Source: an uncultured Verrucomicrobiae bacterium (GTDB taxonomy: Bacteria; Verrucomicrobiota; Verrucomicrobiia; Chthoniobacterales; UBA10450). From it: 64,000 nucleotides of DNA. A program made the translations under genes and the position numbers. The stretch covers positions 320,001 through 384,000 of the forward strand of contig CAWDGJ010000002.1 in NCBI GenBank assembly GCA_963801815.1, in the 5' to 3' direction. How positions within the stretch are numbered: the first letter of the stretch is position 1; every line of letters begins with the position of its first letter. A model generated the notes under the pieces. That model saw only the letters and a program-made list of their open reading frames with translations. It did no database searches and was not told the DNA's origin. This document shows, in pieces, positions 21,866 through 35,193 of this stretch.

Positions 21866-21996
21866 GGCGGGAGTAAGCCCGCAAGAGTCTGCTTACGCAA
21901 AAGCACAATTCAAGCCGCGTCCCGGTGCAAAATTGGCCCGATGCCTCTCTTGACTTTGGCAGCGTCGTTGGTAGAGGGTTCGACCGAAAAAAAATT

Positions 21997-22599
21997 ATGC
22001 GTTGCTCATTTTATCTGCCCCTCTCGATCCTCGCGGTGGCCACGTTTTTTTTCACCAGCTGCGAGGAAGACGTTCGTTATTCGGGCGAAACGCAGTATCT
22101 CGGTGGAGTTTACGGGAATCAGCCGACTTCCAACGCGCCGGTCGACAATGTCTCTTATTGGGATGGCGACCACATCGGCGGCAGGCCTTCGGTCAAGATC
22201 AGCATTAAAGAACAGCGCGCGTATTTTTACAAAAACGGAATGCTCGTGGGCATTTCACAGCTATCGACTGGTCGCGAAGGAAAAAACACGCCCATCGGTC
22301 ATTTTTCTATCATCAACAAAGACAAAGGCCACGCCTCCAGCATGTATGGCGACTTCGTGGACAAGAGCGACCAGGTCGTAAAGCCGAATGTCGCGGTGAG
22401 CGATCCCAAGCCGCCAGGCACACATTTCAAAGGCGCGTCGATGCCGTACTACATGCAAATCGCGCCCGGATTCGGGCTTCACGCCGGTTACCTGCCAGGT
22501 TATCCCGCTTCCCATGGTTGCATCCGGATGCCGGAATTCATGGCCGAGAATTTCTTCAAATCGGTGTCGGTTGGAACTCCGGTCACGATCACCAACTGA
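21997..22599 (+). CDS. L,D-transpeptidase (YkuD family) lipoprotein
   Basis: Lipobox FTS-C, STG....TP.G.F, MPY, H.G.....PASHGCIRM. Confidence 0.92.
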   Translation: MRCSFYLPLSILAVATFFFTSCEEDVRYSGETQYLGGVYGNQPTSNAPVDNVSYWDGDHIGGRPSVKISIKEQRAYFYKNGMLVGISQLSTGREGKNTPIGHFSIINKDKGHASSMYGDFVDKSDQVVKPNVAVSDPKPPGTHFKGASMPYYMQIAPGFGLHAGYLPGYPASHGCIRMPEFMAENFFKSVSVGTPVTITN

Positions 22600-22667
22600 G
22601 TTGTAGCTGCGCATCTTGGGGCCGTCGCCACACTGGAAGATTTGTCTCCTTTCGGCGAAGGTTCGCG

Positions 22668-25900
<3,233 letters not shown>

Positions 25901-25904
<4 letters not shown>

Positions 25905-26887
25905 TCCGCCAAATTTTCCTCGGATTGATCGCGGCCAGCCTGGCAAATTTCTCATTGATTAGCCAGGCCGCCTTTGCCGCCCAGCCGGAACCGGAAGTAG
26001 TCGACGGCGTGGCCGCGGTGGTTAACGGCGACGTCATTACCTATTCTCAAGTCCGCGACCTTGTTGGCCCGCGCGAGAAATTATTGCGCGCTCAATTCAG
26101 TGGCAACGACCTGATCAGTAAAATCAAGGAAGCGCGGGAAGCTGCGCTCCGGGATTTAATCGATCGCCAGCTGATCATTCAAGCGTTCAAGAGCGAGAAC
26201 TACCAGATTCCGGACCACTTCATCGAAGAACGGATGCACGACATCATCCAGAGCGATTTCGGCGGCGACCGAAACACCTTCATCAAAACGCTCGAGGCCC
26301 AAAATTTCACCATGGGCGAATTCAAGAAGATGGAGATGGAAAAAATGATCGTCCAGGCGATGCGCAGCCGGAATGTGAAGCTCGATCTCGCCGTTTCGCC
26401 GGTGAAAGTAGAGGAATATTACAAGGCCCACCGGGAAGAGTTCACCAGCAAGGAACAGGTTAAATTGCGCCTGATCATGATCCCGAGTCACGCCAGCGAT
26501 GGCGAAGCGGCAGCGCAGAAAGCAATGGCCCAGGAAATTTTCAGCAAACTAAATCACGGCGCTGAATTCGAACGCATGGCGCAACTCTACTCCGAGGACA
26601 GCACTCGCGAGAACGGCGGCGATTGGGGTTGGGTCGATCGCAAGACGCTGGCCGCACCGCTCGAGAAAGCCGCGTTCGCACTCAACACGGGTAAGATCAG
26701 CAACATCATCGAGTTCAGTGGCAACTACTACATTCTTAAAGTCGAAGACAGACACGGCGGCGAAACCCGCTCGCTCGAACAAGCACGCGCGGACATCGAA
26801 AAGAAACTGATGCACGATGAGGCCCAGGCGCTTCAGGAGAAGTGGCTCGCCAGTCTCCGCTCCAAGGCTTACATCAAGACGTTCTAA
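25901..26887 (+). CDS. surA: SurA/PpiC-type peptidyl-prolyl isomerase
   Basis: Signal peptide, VDGVAAVVNGDVIT, F..MA..YSED.....GGD.GW parvulin motif. ATGA overlap with mfd. Confidence 0.88.
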
Positions 26888-26947
26888 TACGTTTGTCTGT
26901 TAGGTAGGGGCGATTGACCTCAATCGCGCGTTTGTCGAAGATGCGCC

Positions 26948-27856
26948 ATGCGACCGCGCATTGGAATCACGCTCGGTGATTGCGCCGGCATTGGACCGGA
27001 GATCGTCGATCTTGCTCTGAAATCGAAAAAGGTTCCTGATTCGGCAGATTACGTCGTCATCGGTCGACAGCCGAATTGCAAACCGGGCGCGTCCACGATT
27101 GAAACGGCGCGGGCCGCGGCCGCTGCGCTTGAAGAAGCTGTCACTCGCGCGCGACGCGGCGAGCTTCATGCGGTTGTCACCGCACCGATTCACAAGGCTC
27201 GCATGTACGAAGCGGGATTTAGGTTTCCCGGCCAGACCGAATTTTTCGCCGAACGCTGCGGCGTAAAGAACTTCGCCATGTGTCTTATCGGCGGCAAGCT
27301 CACCGTCGCACTCGTTACTTCTCACATTCCACTGGCGAAAGTTCCGAGCGCGCTCAAACAATCCGAAATCGTCCGCGTTGGCTTGCTCCTCGTCGATTTC
27401 CTGCAGCGCCGAACGGCGAGTCGCAACTTGAATGCATTATGCATTCAAGTTCGTATCGCCGTTTGTGGACTGAATCCGCATGCCGGCGAGTCGGGTAAGA
27501 TCGGCCGTGAAGAAATCGAAACCATTGGGCCGGCTGTCGCCGCGCTGAAATCTGAAAGCGAAAATCTCAAAGCTGAAATTTCCGGACCGCACTCGCCGGA
27601 TACGGTCTTTCATCGTGCGGTCGAAGGAGAGTTCGACGCTGTGCTTTGCATGTATCACGATCAAGGCCTGATTCCGCTCAAGCTCCACGCATTTCATAAC
27701 GGTGTGAACACAACGCTCGGTCTGCCGTTCCCGCGCACCAGTCCGGATCACGGCACTGCGTTCGAGATCGCCGGTAAAGGAATCGCGCGGCCCGACAGCA
27801 TGATCGCCGCGATCAATCTCGCCGTTGAACTTGCGCAAGCAAAAGAGATGAGATGA
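26948..27856 (+). CDS. pdxA: 4-hydroxythreonine-4-phosphate dehydrogenase
   Basis: T.GD.AGIGPE, TAPIHK, GLNPHAGE, MYHDQGL, RTSPDHGTAF. Confidence 0.95.
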   Translation: MRPRIGITLGDCAGIGPEIVDLALKSKKVPDSADYVVIGRQPNCKPGASTIETARAAAAALEEAVTRARRGELHAVVTAPIHKARMYEAGFRFPGQTEFFAERCGVKNFAMCLIGGKLTVALVTSHIPLAKVPSALKQSEIVRVGLLLVDFLQRRTASRNLNALCIQVRIAVCGLNPHAGESGKIGREEIETIGPAVAALKSESENLKAEISGPHSPDTVFHRAVEGEFDAVLCMYHDQGLIPLKLHAFHNGVNTTLGLPFPRTSPDHGTAFEIAGKGIARPDSMIAAINLAVELAQAKEMR

Positions 27857-27912
27857 ATCTGGAATCCACGAATGCATGAACCGAAAAGAATTGGGAAAAG
27901 AGAAAGCGCTTG

Positions 27913-27993
27913 AGCCACAGATTTACACAGATGAAACACAGATTTGCCGAAAGAAGGTTCTGCATTTGTGTCAACCTGTGTTCATCCGTGGCT
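27913..27993. repeat. Inverted ~9-mer arrays (CACAGAT..) nested within a second inverted-repeat family
   Basis: gccacagatttacacagatgaaacacagat ... atttgtgtcaacctgtgttcatccgtggc. Related arms at 30616-30639 and 34964-35073. Confidence 0.75.
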
Positions 27994-28037
27994 TCTTAAT
28001 TCCTGATTTCCTGGTTTCCTGATTAGTCTTTTTTCAA

Positions 28038-28850
28038 ATGAACGCGCCCGTCGCCAAATACGCTTCCGTTTTCAACATCGGGCTTCAGAACACGTTCGTT
28101 TACCGCTGGAATTATTTTTTGCGCGCGGCGTTCGGATTGATCCCGCTCGCCGGAACAGTGTTTCTTTGGAACGCCGTTTTCAAAGAACGCGGCCGCGGAC
28201 TGCACGGTTATGACTACGGCTCGATGATTTATTATTACCTGCTCACGATCCTGGTCAGCAATCTGGTCACGCCGACGGAAGATGAATGGCAAATCGCCGC
28301 CGACATTCGTGAAGGCCAGATCAACGCGCTCCTGACCAAGCCGATGAGTTATCTCACATATCGGTTCAGCATCTTTTGCAGCGGCCGGCTCGTTTACACC
28401 TTTGTCACCCTCCCGCCAATCGCGCTCATCTTTCTCTATTTCCACAACTACGTCACACTTCCACACGATCCACTCACTTACGTGCTCGCCATCGTATCGA
28501 CGATGATGGCGGCATTCATCCAATTCTTCATCACCTATTCGCTCGCGATGATGGCGTTCTGGATTTTGGAGATCACCACCTTCGTGTTCATCGTTTACTC
28601 GTTCGAATATTTCCTGGGCGGGCAAATGTTCCCGATCGACATCATGCCGGCCGGTGTTCAGGCGGCGTTGAAATGGATGCCGTTCTATTACGAACTGTTC
28701 TGTCCGGTCGCGATTTTTCTCGGGCGCTTGAAAGGCGCCGAACTCTGGCAAGCCCTCGCGATCCAAACCGGCTGGCTGTTTCTCACCTGGTCAATGGCGC
28801 GAATGATGTGGCACCGCGGCCTGCGTCATTATCAAGCCGTCGGTGGATAG
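28038..28850 (+). CDS. ABC-2 type (DUF990-like) permease, subunit 1
   Basis: Six TMs, I..DIREG.I...L.KP, GG..FPID..P, PF.Y....P..I.LG. Confidence 0.88.
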   Translation: MNAPVAKYASVFNIGLQNTFVYRWNYFLRAAFGLIPLAGTVFLWNAVFKERGRGLHGYDYGSMIYYYLLTILVSNLVTPTEDEWQIAADIREGQINALLTKPMSYLTYRFSIFCSGRLVYTFVTLPPIALIFLYFHNYVTLPHDPLTYVLAIVSTMMAAFIQFFITYSLAMMAFWILEITTFVFIVYSFEYFLGGQMFPIDIMPAGVQAALKWMPFYYELFCPVAIFLGRLKGAELWQALAIQTGWLFLTWSMARMMWHRGLRHYQAVGG

Positions 28851-28856
28851 AATTAG

Positions 28857-29747
28857 CTATCTCTTCGGAGACTCTCGCGAAACTATGCGCCACCTGTGAT
28901 TTGCAAGATTCCAGCTGATAAGTGCGCTACCTTCGTCTTCTAAACCCCATCCGACCGAAACCAGAAGATCGTCCCCTTTCCACTCCTTGATCTCAGCTGA
29001 GATTGGATTTGGTTCGTCGATTTTTCCTTTTGGGTGAAGCAATTTGATCAATTCGGAGCGCGTCAGTTTCTGAACACCATGTTTGTGCTCCCAAATCCAA
29101 ACGCTCGTGGCGCGCTTACTGATCGAAACACTTAGCGCTACTGCCTCCTTCGTCGGATGCCAGAGAGCCTCATCTTGTCCGATCGGGCTATTGCCACTAA
29201 ACCACCAAGGCGGCATTTCTGAGTCGCGATTATAAGCCGGCGACCATCCGATTAATTCTTCAGTGGATGTTGTAGTGTCGATCAAACACGGGAAGCTGCG
29301 TCGTTCGTAGATCACCCATCGCCCGTTCGGACTCCGGGAGAACATTTTTGAATCATAACGTCGCGTGAGAAGTCCGATCCCGCGCTCGGCCATATTCTTT
29401 TCGTCCTCAAAATCAACTTCCGATCGCAAATTACGCTGGAGCGCATTGACGTAACCTTCAGTTTTCTCTTTCGGAATCTGCCACCAGCGACTGCCAATCG
29501 CACGCGCCGCGAGTCGCCGGATCGAATTTCCTTCATCCGAAAGCAGGGGGAGCATTGCTTCCGGAATTCTGGAATCGGGCGACGTCAGAAGCTCCCGCAA
29601 CGCTCCGATGCGCACGTCGGGGTCTTTATCTTTTAGCTGCGGCAAATAGATGTCAGCAGGGTTGGTCGAAGAGCCGGACAGAAAAAACACGACCAACAGT
29701 AACCCGATTGCGGCGATCGGTTTTGAAACATGTGATTTGTCGCTCAC
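28857..29747 (-). CDS. Exported HEAT-repeat protein with C-terminal beta-rich region
   Basis: Signal-like N-terminus, L.D.DP.VR..AL..L / LL.DE...IRR.AA.AIG HEAT repeats. Confidence 0.75.
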   Translation of the reverse strand: MSDKSHVSKPIAAIGLLLVVFFLSGSSTNPADIYLPQLKDKDPDVRIGALRELLTSPDSRIPEAMLPLLSDEGNSIRRLAARAIGSRWWQIPKEKTEGYVNALQRNLRSEVDFEDEKNMAERGIGLLTRRYDSKMFSRSPNGRWVIYERRSFPCLIDTTTSTEELIGWSPAYNRDSEMPPWWFSGNSPIGQDEALWHPTKEAVALSVSISKRATSVWIWEHKHGVQKLTRSELIKLLHPKGKIDEPNPISAEIKEWKGDDLLVSVGWGLEDEGSALISWNLANHRWRIVSRESPKR

Positions 29748-29861
29748 GGCTTGGAATCGCGAGCTTAAGAAACTTCGGAGTGCGAAGACAAGCGAATGAA
29801 AGATGTGACACCACGGCCTGCGGCATTATCAAGCGGTGGGCGGCTGATAAACATTCGCGCT

Positions 29862-29927
29862 TTGTAGCGGCGTTTGTTCTCAAACGCCGAATTAATAAAC
29901 AGGCGCTTGGCACAAGCGCCTCTACAA
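29862..29927. repeat. GTAG-type REP doublet
   Basis: gtagcggcgtttgttctcaaacgccg-aattaata-...aggcgcttggcacaagcgcctctac. Sister copy at 36304-36371. Confidence 0.85.
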
Positions 29928-30230
29928 CTCTTTGCCTTCGTTGGCGTACGGCACAGAACGCCACGGCATGTCTACCGTTGATCGCTCGAAAGAAACCTTC
30001 GGTTCCGCGTCGAGAATATTGCTAAGCGCCGGATCTAACGCTGCCACTTCTTGCAGCGCCCAAACTTGTCCGCGGCGGTCAGTATGGTTTTCCACGCCGC
30101 ACAGGAATTGCCACCCGCTGTCTTCCGGTTCGAGTGGAAGGTCGCGCGTAGCGCGCAAGATCGGACGTTCTGGATAGGATATATGTTTGCAGATTATCGC
30201 GGCGCTACGCTTCAAATCTTCGTAGCTCAT
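29922..30230 (-). CDS. DUF2185/immunity-protein-like small protein
   Basis: C.H....RPIL...EDSGWQFLCG motif. Stop codon supplied by the adjacent REP. Confidence 0.7.
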   Translation of the reverse strand: MSYEDLKRSAAIICKHISYPERPILRATRDLPLEPEDSGWQFLCGVENHTDRRGQVWALQEVAALDPALSNILDAEPKVSFERSTVDMPWRSVPYANEGKEL

Positions 30231-30237
30231 CCTGTGA

Positions 30238-30604
30238 TCACTTGCTGGTCGGTAAACCAGCGGCTTTCCAGGCCCTCAACCCTCCGGCCATGGAGCGGAC
30301 GTTCTTGTAGCCCATCTTTTGCAGACTTTCGGCCGCGAGCGCGGAACGACCACCGCCGCCGCAATGACAAATAATCGTCATGTTGCGATCGGGAAATTTG
30401 TCTTCGACTTCGAGCTCCAACAATCCGCGACTCATGTGGACCGTATCGGGAATGTGCGATTCGTCGAACTCGTCTTTCTCGCGAACATCGATAATCACCG
30501 CGTCGCTGCTCTTCGTTTTTGCCGCAGCATCGGTCGGAGAAATTTCTGTGATCTTCTTTTTCGCTTCCGCGACCAGATCCCTCGTAACCCTTCCGTTCAG
30601 CCAT
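30238..30604 (-). pseudogene. Rhodanese-like sulfurtransferase with a +1 frameshift (or a sequencing error)
   Basis: MAERKGYE joins DLVAEAKKKITEISP..IDVRE..HI..CGGGGRS if one G of the GGG at 30579-30581 is removed. Confidence 0.85.
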
Positions 30605-30656
30605 GCTCAGAATTTAACCACGGATTACACAGATGAAACAAAGGAAGCTCGGAGCG

Positions 30657-30789
30657 CGAAATTCGAAACTCCAAACAAGCACGAATGATCGAAATTCAAA
30701 CTTCGAGCGCTATGCGCAAGGTCGGTTTGAACATTTGTACTTCGAATTTGGAATTTGTTTCGGATTTCGAAATTCGAGTTTCGAATTTC
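30657..30789. repeat. Inverted heptamer arrays (AATTCGA/TTTCGGA family)
   Basis: gaaattcgaaactccaaacaa ... ttgtttcggatttcgaaattcgagtttcgaatttc. Confidence 0.75.
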
Positions 30790-32005
30790 ACTCATACCGC
30801 AGCGCTTCGATCGGATCGAGAGCAGCGGCTTTGCGCGCGGGATAAAAACCAAAGAAGATCCCAACCGCGGCACTGAACATGAACGCGATGATGATCGAAC
30901 TCAACGAGATGAGCGTCGGCCAATGGGCGTAGCTGGAAAGAATTTGCGACGCGCCGATTCCAAAAATGATTCCAATGACTCCACCCACCGAACTCAAAGT
31001 CACGGCTTCGATGAGAAATTGGGTAAGAATGTCGCTGCCATGGGCGCCGACCGCCATGCGCGTACCGATCTCGCGGGTCCGCTCGGTGACGCTCACGAGC
31101 ATAATGTTCATGATCCCAATTCCGCCCACCACAAGCGACACGCCAGCGATTGAACCCAGCAGCACCGTCATGACGGCCGTTGTTGCGGTCGCGGCGTCGG
31201 CAATCTCCTGTTGGTTGCGCACCGTGAAATCGTCGTCGTGTCCCGGCCGAATGTTATGGCGTTGCCGCAACAGCGCGATGATCTGCTGTTGAGCGGCGTT
31301 GATTTCGCCGCCCTGGCCGACTTGAACGTCGATGTTGCGCAATGTCGTCCCGCCGATCACGCGTTTCATTGCGCTCGTGTAAGGCATGATCACAATGTCG
31401 TCCTGGTCGACGCCCTGGGTGCTCAAACCTTTGGGCGTCAACACGCCCAGGATTGTGAACGGCACGTTCTTGATCCGCAAAACTTGTCCGACCGGACTAT
31501 CGTTGCCGAAAATCTGCGACGCGGTTGTTTTGCCAATCACGCAAACCTTGTTCGAGCTGCGCACGTCTTGATCAGTGAACGGCGCACCATCGACCAGCGG
31601 CCATTGTCGAATTTCCAGGTAATCAGCCGACTCACCGTAGATTCGCGTGAACCAATTTTGATTTCCGGCCGCGACCTGCGTGGTTGAAACAACTTCTTCG
31701 CTCACCGCGACAACGCCCGGCACTTCGCGACGGATCGCTTCCGCATCTTCGATTTTCAAAGTGCCGGCGCCGCCCCAACCGGTCCGGATCCCGCTCGAGG
31801 TGGTGCTGCCGGAAAAAATCAGGATCACGTTCTGCCCAAGGCTCGCGATCTGAGCTTCGACCTGCGCTTTCGCGCCGTTTCCAATGCCGACCATCGCGAT
31901 GACGGCGGCGACACCGATGATAATTCCGAGCGCGGTCAGGACCGAGCGCATTTTGTTCCGGCGCAGCGCCCGAAGCGCAATGTTCAATGTCGATCCAACT
32001 TTCAT
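30788..32005 (-). CDS. MacB/FtsX-family ABC permease
   Basis: RS.LT.LGIIIGV, GGIGIMNIMLVSVTERTREIG, GFYPARKAA.LDPIEALRYE. Start moved to 32005. Confidence 0.95.
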   Translation of the reverse strand: MKVGSTLNIALRALRRNKMRSVLTALGIIIGVAAVIAMVGIGNGAKAQVEAQIASLGQNVILIFSGSTTSSGIRTGWGGAGTLKIEDAEAIRREVPGVVAVSEEVVSTTQVAAGNQNWFTRIYGESADYLEIRQWPLVDGAPFTDQDVRSSNKVCVIGKTTASQIFGNDSPVGQVLRIKNVPFTILGVLTPKGLSTQGVDQDDIVIMPYTSAMKRVIGGTTLRNIDVQVGQGGEINAAQQQIIALLRQRHNIRPGHDDDFTVRNQQEIADAATATTAVMTVLLGSIAGVSLVVGGIGIMNIMLVSVTERTREIGTRMAVGAHGSDILTQFLIEAVTLSSVGGVIGIIFGIGASQILSSYAHWPTLISLSSIIIAFMFSAAVGIFFGFYPARKAAALDPIEALRYE

Positions 32006-32045
32006 GGGAAGTGACCAGTGACGAGTGGCGAGTGACCAGATTTGT

Positions 32046-32807
32046 TCATGACGGTGATTCAGAATCGATGGGAGCGATTTTTTCCAGCTCGGTGGTCGCA
32101 ACCGAGCGCTGTGTGACATTGAAATCTTTCAGGATCAATCCGTCGCGCATCACGACGTTGCGCCGCGCATAGGCGGCAATGTCCTGCTCATGTGTCACCA
32201 TAATGATGGTGATGCCGCGTTCGTTGAGCTGTTGGAAGATTCCCATAATCTCGACGCTCGTACGGCTATCGAGATTTCCGGTTGGCTCGTCCGCAAGAAC
32301 GACTTCGGGATCGTTCACCAGCGCGCGGGCAATTGCGACACGCTGTTGTTGACCGCCGGAAAGCTGACTCGGGTGATGGTCTTCGCGTCCTCCAAGTCCA
32401 ACCGAAGCCAAAACCGCGTCTGCCTTTTCGTGCAACTGCGCATTGGTCAGGCTGCGCGTCCCGTAAAGCAACGGGAGCTCCACGTTTTCGCGCGCGGAAG
32501 TGCGCGGCAGCAAGTTGAAGCTTTGAAAAACGAACCCGAGCTTGTGATTTCGAATATCGGCTAGCTGGTCACGATCGAGCCCGGAAACATCGGCGTCGTC
32601 GAGTAGGTAACGACCGGAGGTTGGGCGATCGAGACAACCAAGAATGTTCATCAGGGTCGATTTACCGGAGCCGCTTGCGCCCATGAGCGCGACAAATTCG
32701 CCGCGCTGAATTTCAAGTGAAACGCCGCGAACTGCACGAACATCGACGTCACCGGTGTGATACGTCTTGTGAACGTCCACGAGTTTGACGACCTCTCCGT
32801 TTTTCAT
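32046..32807 (-). CDS. MacB/LolD-type ABC ATPase
   Basis: [43 protein letters not shown]. Confidence 0.95.
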   Translation of the reverse strand: MKNGEVVKLVDVHKTYHTGDVDVRAVRGVSLEIQRGEFVALMGASGSGKSTLMNILGCLDRPTSGRYLLDDADVSGLDRDQLADIRNHKLGFVFQSFNLLPRTSARENVELPLLYGTRSLTNAQLHEKADAVLASVGLGGREDHHPSQLSGGQQQRVAIARALVNDPEVVLADEPTGNLDSRTSVEIMGIFQQLNERGITIIMVTHEQDIAAYARRNVVMRDGLILKDFNVTQRSVATTELEKIAPIDSESPS

Positions 32808-32808
32808 G

Positions 32809-32896
32809 GGTGGATTGAGCGCTCCGCGCTCGATGTTAATCTTGGCGCCGGAGGCGCATACGTTTTTAGCATCGCCCGCGGAGCGGCCGATCCACC
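32809..32896. repeat. Palindromic intergenic element (GGTGGAT...ATCCACC)
   Basis: ggtggattgagcgctccgcgctcgatg ... catcgcccgcggagcggccgatccacc. Confidence 0.7.
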
Positions 32897-32919
32897 TCGC
32901 GCCGTTTCGTGTTTGCGAT

Positions 32920-34116
32920 TCATGGAAATCTGCGCGCGCCGCTAAACGGATTCGTTCCGGGCGAAGCAGCTGCGCTTGGCGCCGTCAGTTGCGCTATGAC
33001 GACGCTATCGCCCTCCTTCAAACCTTCGGTGACTTCGGTCATAATGCCGTCACTGATTCCGGTTTTGATTTGGACAGGTTTAGGCCGGCCAAATGATAAA
33101 ACGTAAACCGTACGGTCGGTTCGACGTTCGCGCGCTCCGGTTGGACGCTGACCACCAGCGCCGGGCGAAGATGCCGGTCGCGGTTGTGGCGCAGGCGCAG
33201 CTGCTGCATCCGCGGGACGATAGCGCAGAGCGGCGTTCTTGATCTGAAGCACGTTGTCTTTGTGCGCGATGATGATTGAAACATTCGCGGTCATCCCCGG
33301 CTTCAATTTCAGATCCTTGTTTTCAACGCCGATCACCGTGTCGTAAGTGACGACGTTCTGAACGGTGATCGGTGCGTTGCGCACTTGCACCACTTTTCCG
33401 TGAAACGTGCGCGTCGGAAACGCGTCGACCGTGAAATCGACGTCTTGTCCAACCTCAACCGCGCCGACGTCCGCTTCGGCCACATTGGAGTCGATCTGCA
33501 TTTTCGCGAGATCGTTTGCGATTTGGAAGATCACCGGCGCCTGCAAACTCGCGGCAACGGTTTGGCCGACGTCGACGCTGCGCGAAATCACTACGCCATC
33601 GATCGGCGACGTGATCGTGCAATGGTCGAGATCGGCCTTCGCTTTATCGAGCGCGCCTTGCTTGATCTTCACGGTTGCTTCGGCCTGATGCAGGCTCGCC
33701 ATGGCCGAATCGAGATCCTGCTGCGCGGAATTCTTTTGCGCGAAAAGCTTTTGGATTCGATCTGCATTCAGTTTCGCCAACTCCAGCGCGGCTTGCGTGC
33801 TGGCGAGATCGCCTTCAGCTTGGGTGACGGCAGCTTGGAACAACATCGGATCGATTTGGGCCACGGTCTGTCCAGCTTTCACTTCGGAATTAAAATCCGC
33901 GAACAGCTTAGCGATGTTTCCCGAGACCTGGCTGCCGACCTGTACGTTAACCACCGGATTCAAAGTCCCGGTTGCGGTGACAAGTTGCGTAATCGGTCCG
34001 CGAGTGACGTTGGCAGCTTGATAAGACGCAGCAGTGCTGGAGGTGCATCGCCTAACCACGAACAAGACGACGAGCAAAGCGACAATGATGACGCCAATGG
34101 GTAGAAAACGCTTCAT
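32920..34116 (-). CDS. MacA-like periplasmic adaptor (membrane fusion protein)
   Basis: ATGTLNPV..V.VGSQVSG, I.SPIDGVV, GQTVAASLQAP, LKPGMTA. Confidence 0.95.
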   Translation of the reverse strand: MKRFLPIGVIIVALLVVLFVVRRCTSSTAASYQAANVTRGPITQLVTATGTLNPVVNVQVGSQVSGNIAKLFADFNSEVKAGQTVAQIDPMLFQAAVTQAEGDLASTQAALELAKLNADRIQKLFAQKNSAQQDLDSAMASLHQAEATVKIKQGALDKAKADLDHCTITSPIDGVVISRSVDVGQTVAASLQAPVIFQIANDLAKMQIDSNVAEADVGAVEVGQDVDFTVDAFPTRTFHGKVVQVRNAPITVQNVVTYDTVIGVENKDLKLKPGMTANVSIIIAHKDNVLQIKNAALRYRPADAAAAPAPQPRPASSPGAGGQRPTGARERRTDRTVYVLSFGRPKPVQIKTGISDGIMTEVTEGLKEGDSVVIAQLTAPSAAASPGTNPFSGARRFP

Positions 34117-34162
34117 GTAGGATGTGATTTGACTTGGACTGTAATTAAAATGACAGGCAGAC

Positions 34163-34960
34163 GTGGTTCGACGTTACATCGAGATCTATTCCATCATGCT
34201 TCGCAACTCGCTCATTCGCGAGATGAGTTTCAAGGCGAACTTTCTGCTTTGGATGCTGGTGGAAGTACTCTGGTTTGTCGGACAGATCGTTTTTTTCTCC
34301 ATCATCTTCAGCAATGTCGACCGCATCGGTGATTGGACAAAATGGGAAGTGGTCCTGCTCGTCGGCACGCACCAAATGATCTCACAGCTTTTCCAGGCGT
34401 TCTTTTTCGTCAACGTCGCCGCCATTCCTGAACTGGTGCGGACTGGAAAGCTCGACTCTCTCCTCGTCCTGCCAATCGACAGCCAATTTGCCGTTTCCAC
34501 GAAACAATTCGGACTCGACAGCGTCGTAAACGCGGCGGTCGGCGGCATGGTGGTCGGCGTTTCGCTGTCGAAACTTGGCTACGTGCCAACGACATTGTCG
34601 GTGGTGCTTTACTTCGTTGCGATTGGCTTCGGCATTGCAGTCCACTATTCGATTATGCTCAGCCTGGCCGCCGTCAGTTTTTGGATCGTGCGCGCGCAGG
34701 GTCTGGTCTACGGCTATTTCAATTTCCTGAACATCGCGCGTTACCCGGACTCGATTTATCCGCGCCTGTTCAAGTTCATCTTCAGCTGGATCATTCCAGT
34801 GGTTGTGGTTTCGAACGTGCCTGCGCGAGTGCTCGCCAAATCCTTTGGTCAGCCCTGGGGCCTCATGGCAAAATTGGTGATTGCGTCGACGATCATCGTT
34901 TGCCTGTCGCGCGCCTTTTGGTCGTTCGCCTTGAAGCGATATTCCAGCGCTAGTTCCTGA
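34163..34960 (+). CDS. ABC-2 type (DUF990-like) permease, subunit 2
   Basis: I..W...E, VRTGKLD..L..P, ARYP.SIYP, IIP......PA. Confidence 0.88.
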   Translation: MVRRYIEIYSIMLRNSLIREMSFKANFLLWMLVEVLWFVGQIVFFSIIFSNVDRIGDWTKWEVVLLVGTHQMISQLFQAFFFVNVAAIPELVRTGKLDSLLVLPIDSQFAVSTKQFGLDSVVNAAVGGMVVGVSLSKLGYVPTTLSVVLYFVAIGFGIAVHYSIMLSLAAVSFWIVRAQGLVYGYFNFLNIARYPDSIYPRLFKFIFSWIIPVVVVSNVPARVLAKSFGQPWGLMAKLVIASTIIVCLSRAFWSFALKRYSSASS

Positions 34961-35193
34961 ATCTAACGACGAATCAACCCGAATGAGCACGAATCCGGCA
35001 AAGGCGGCTAGCAAAGCGATCTCTGCAGGAGTTTGTCGCTGATTCGTGGCTATCAGTGTCCATTCGTGGTTAAAACACGATGAACAAACGGCTCCGAAAA
35101 TCGTCAAATCTCCCCTTGCGATAATCAAGAATCGCTCTTAATTAAGCCTCCGTTTTTCCCGGCGGTCGCTCCGGCGACCGCCTTTTGAACTTT

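Noticed and set aside
30227..30604. 125-aa ORF as an independent protein
   Set aside because: It is the out-of-frame read-through of the frameshifted rhodanese.
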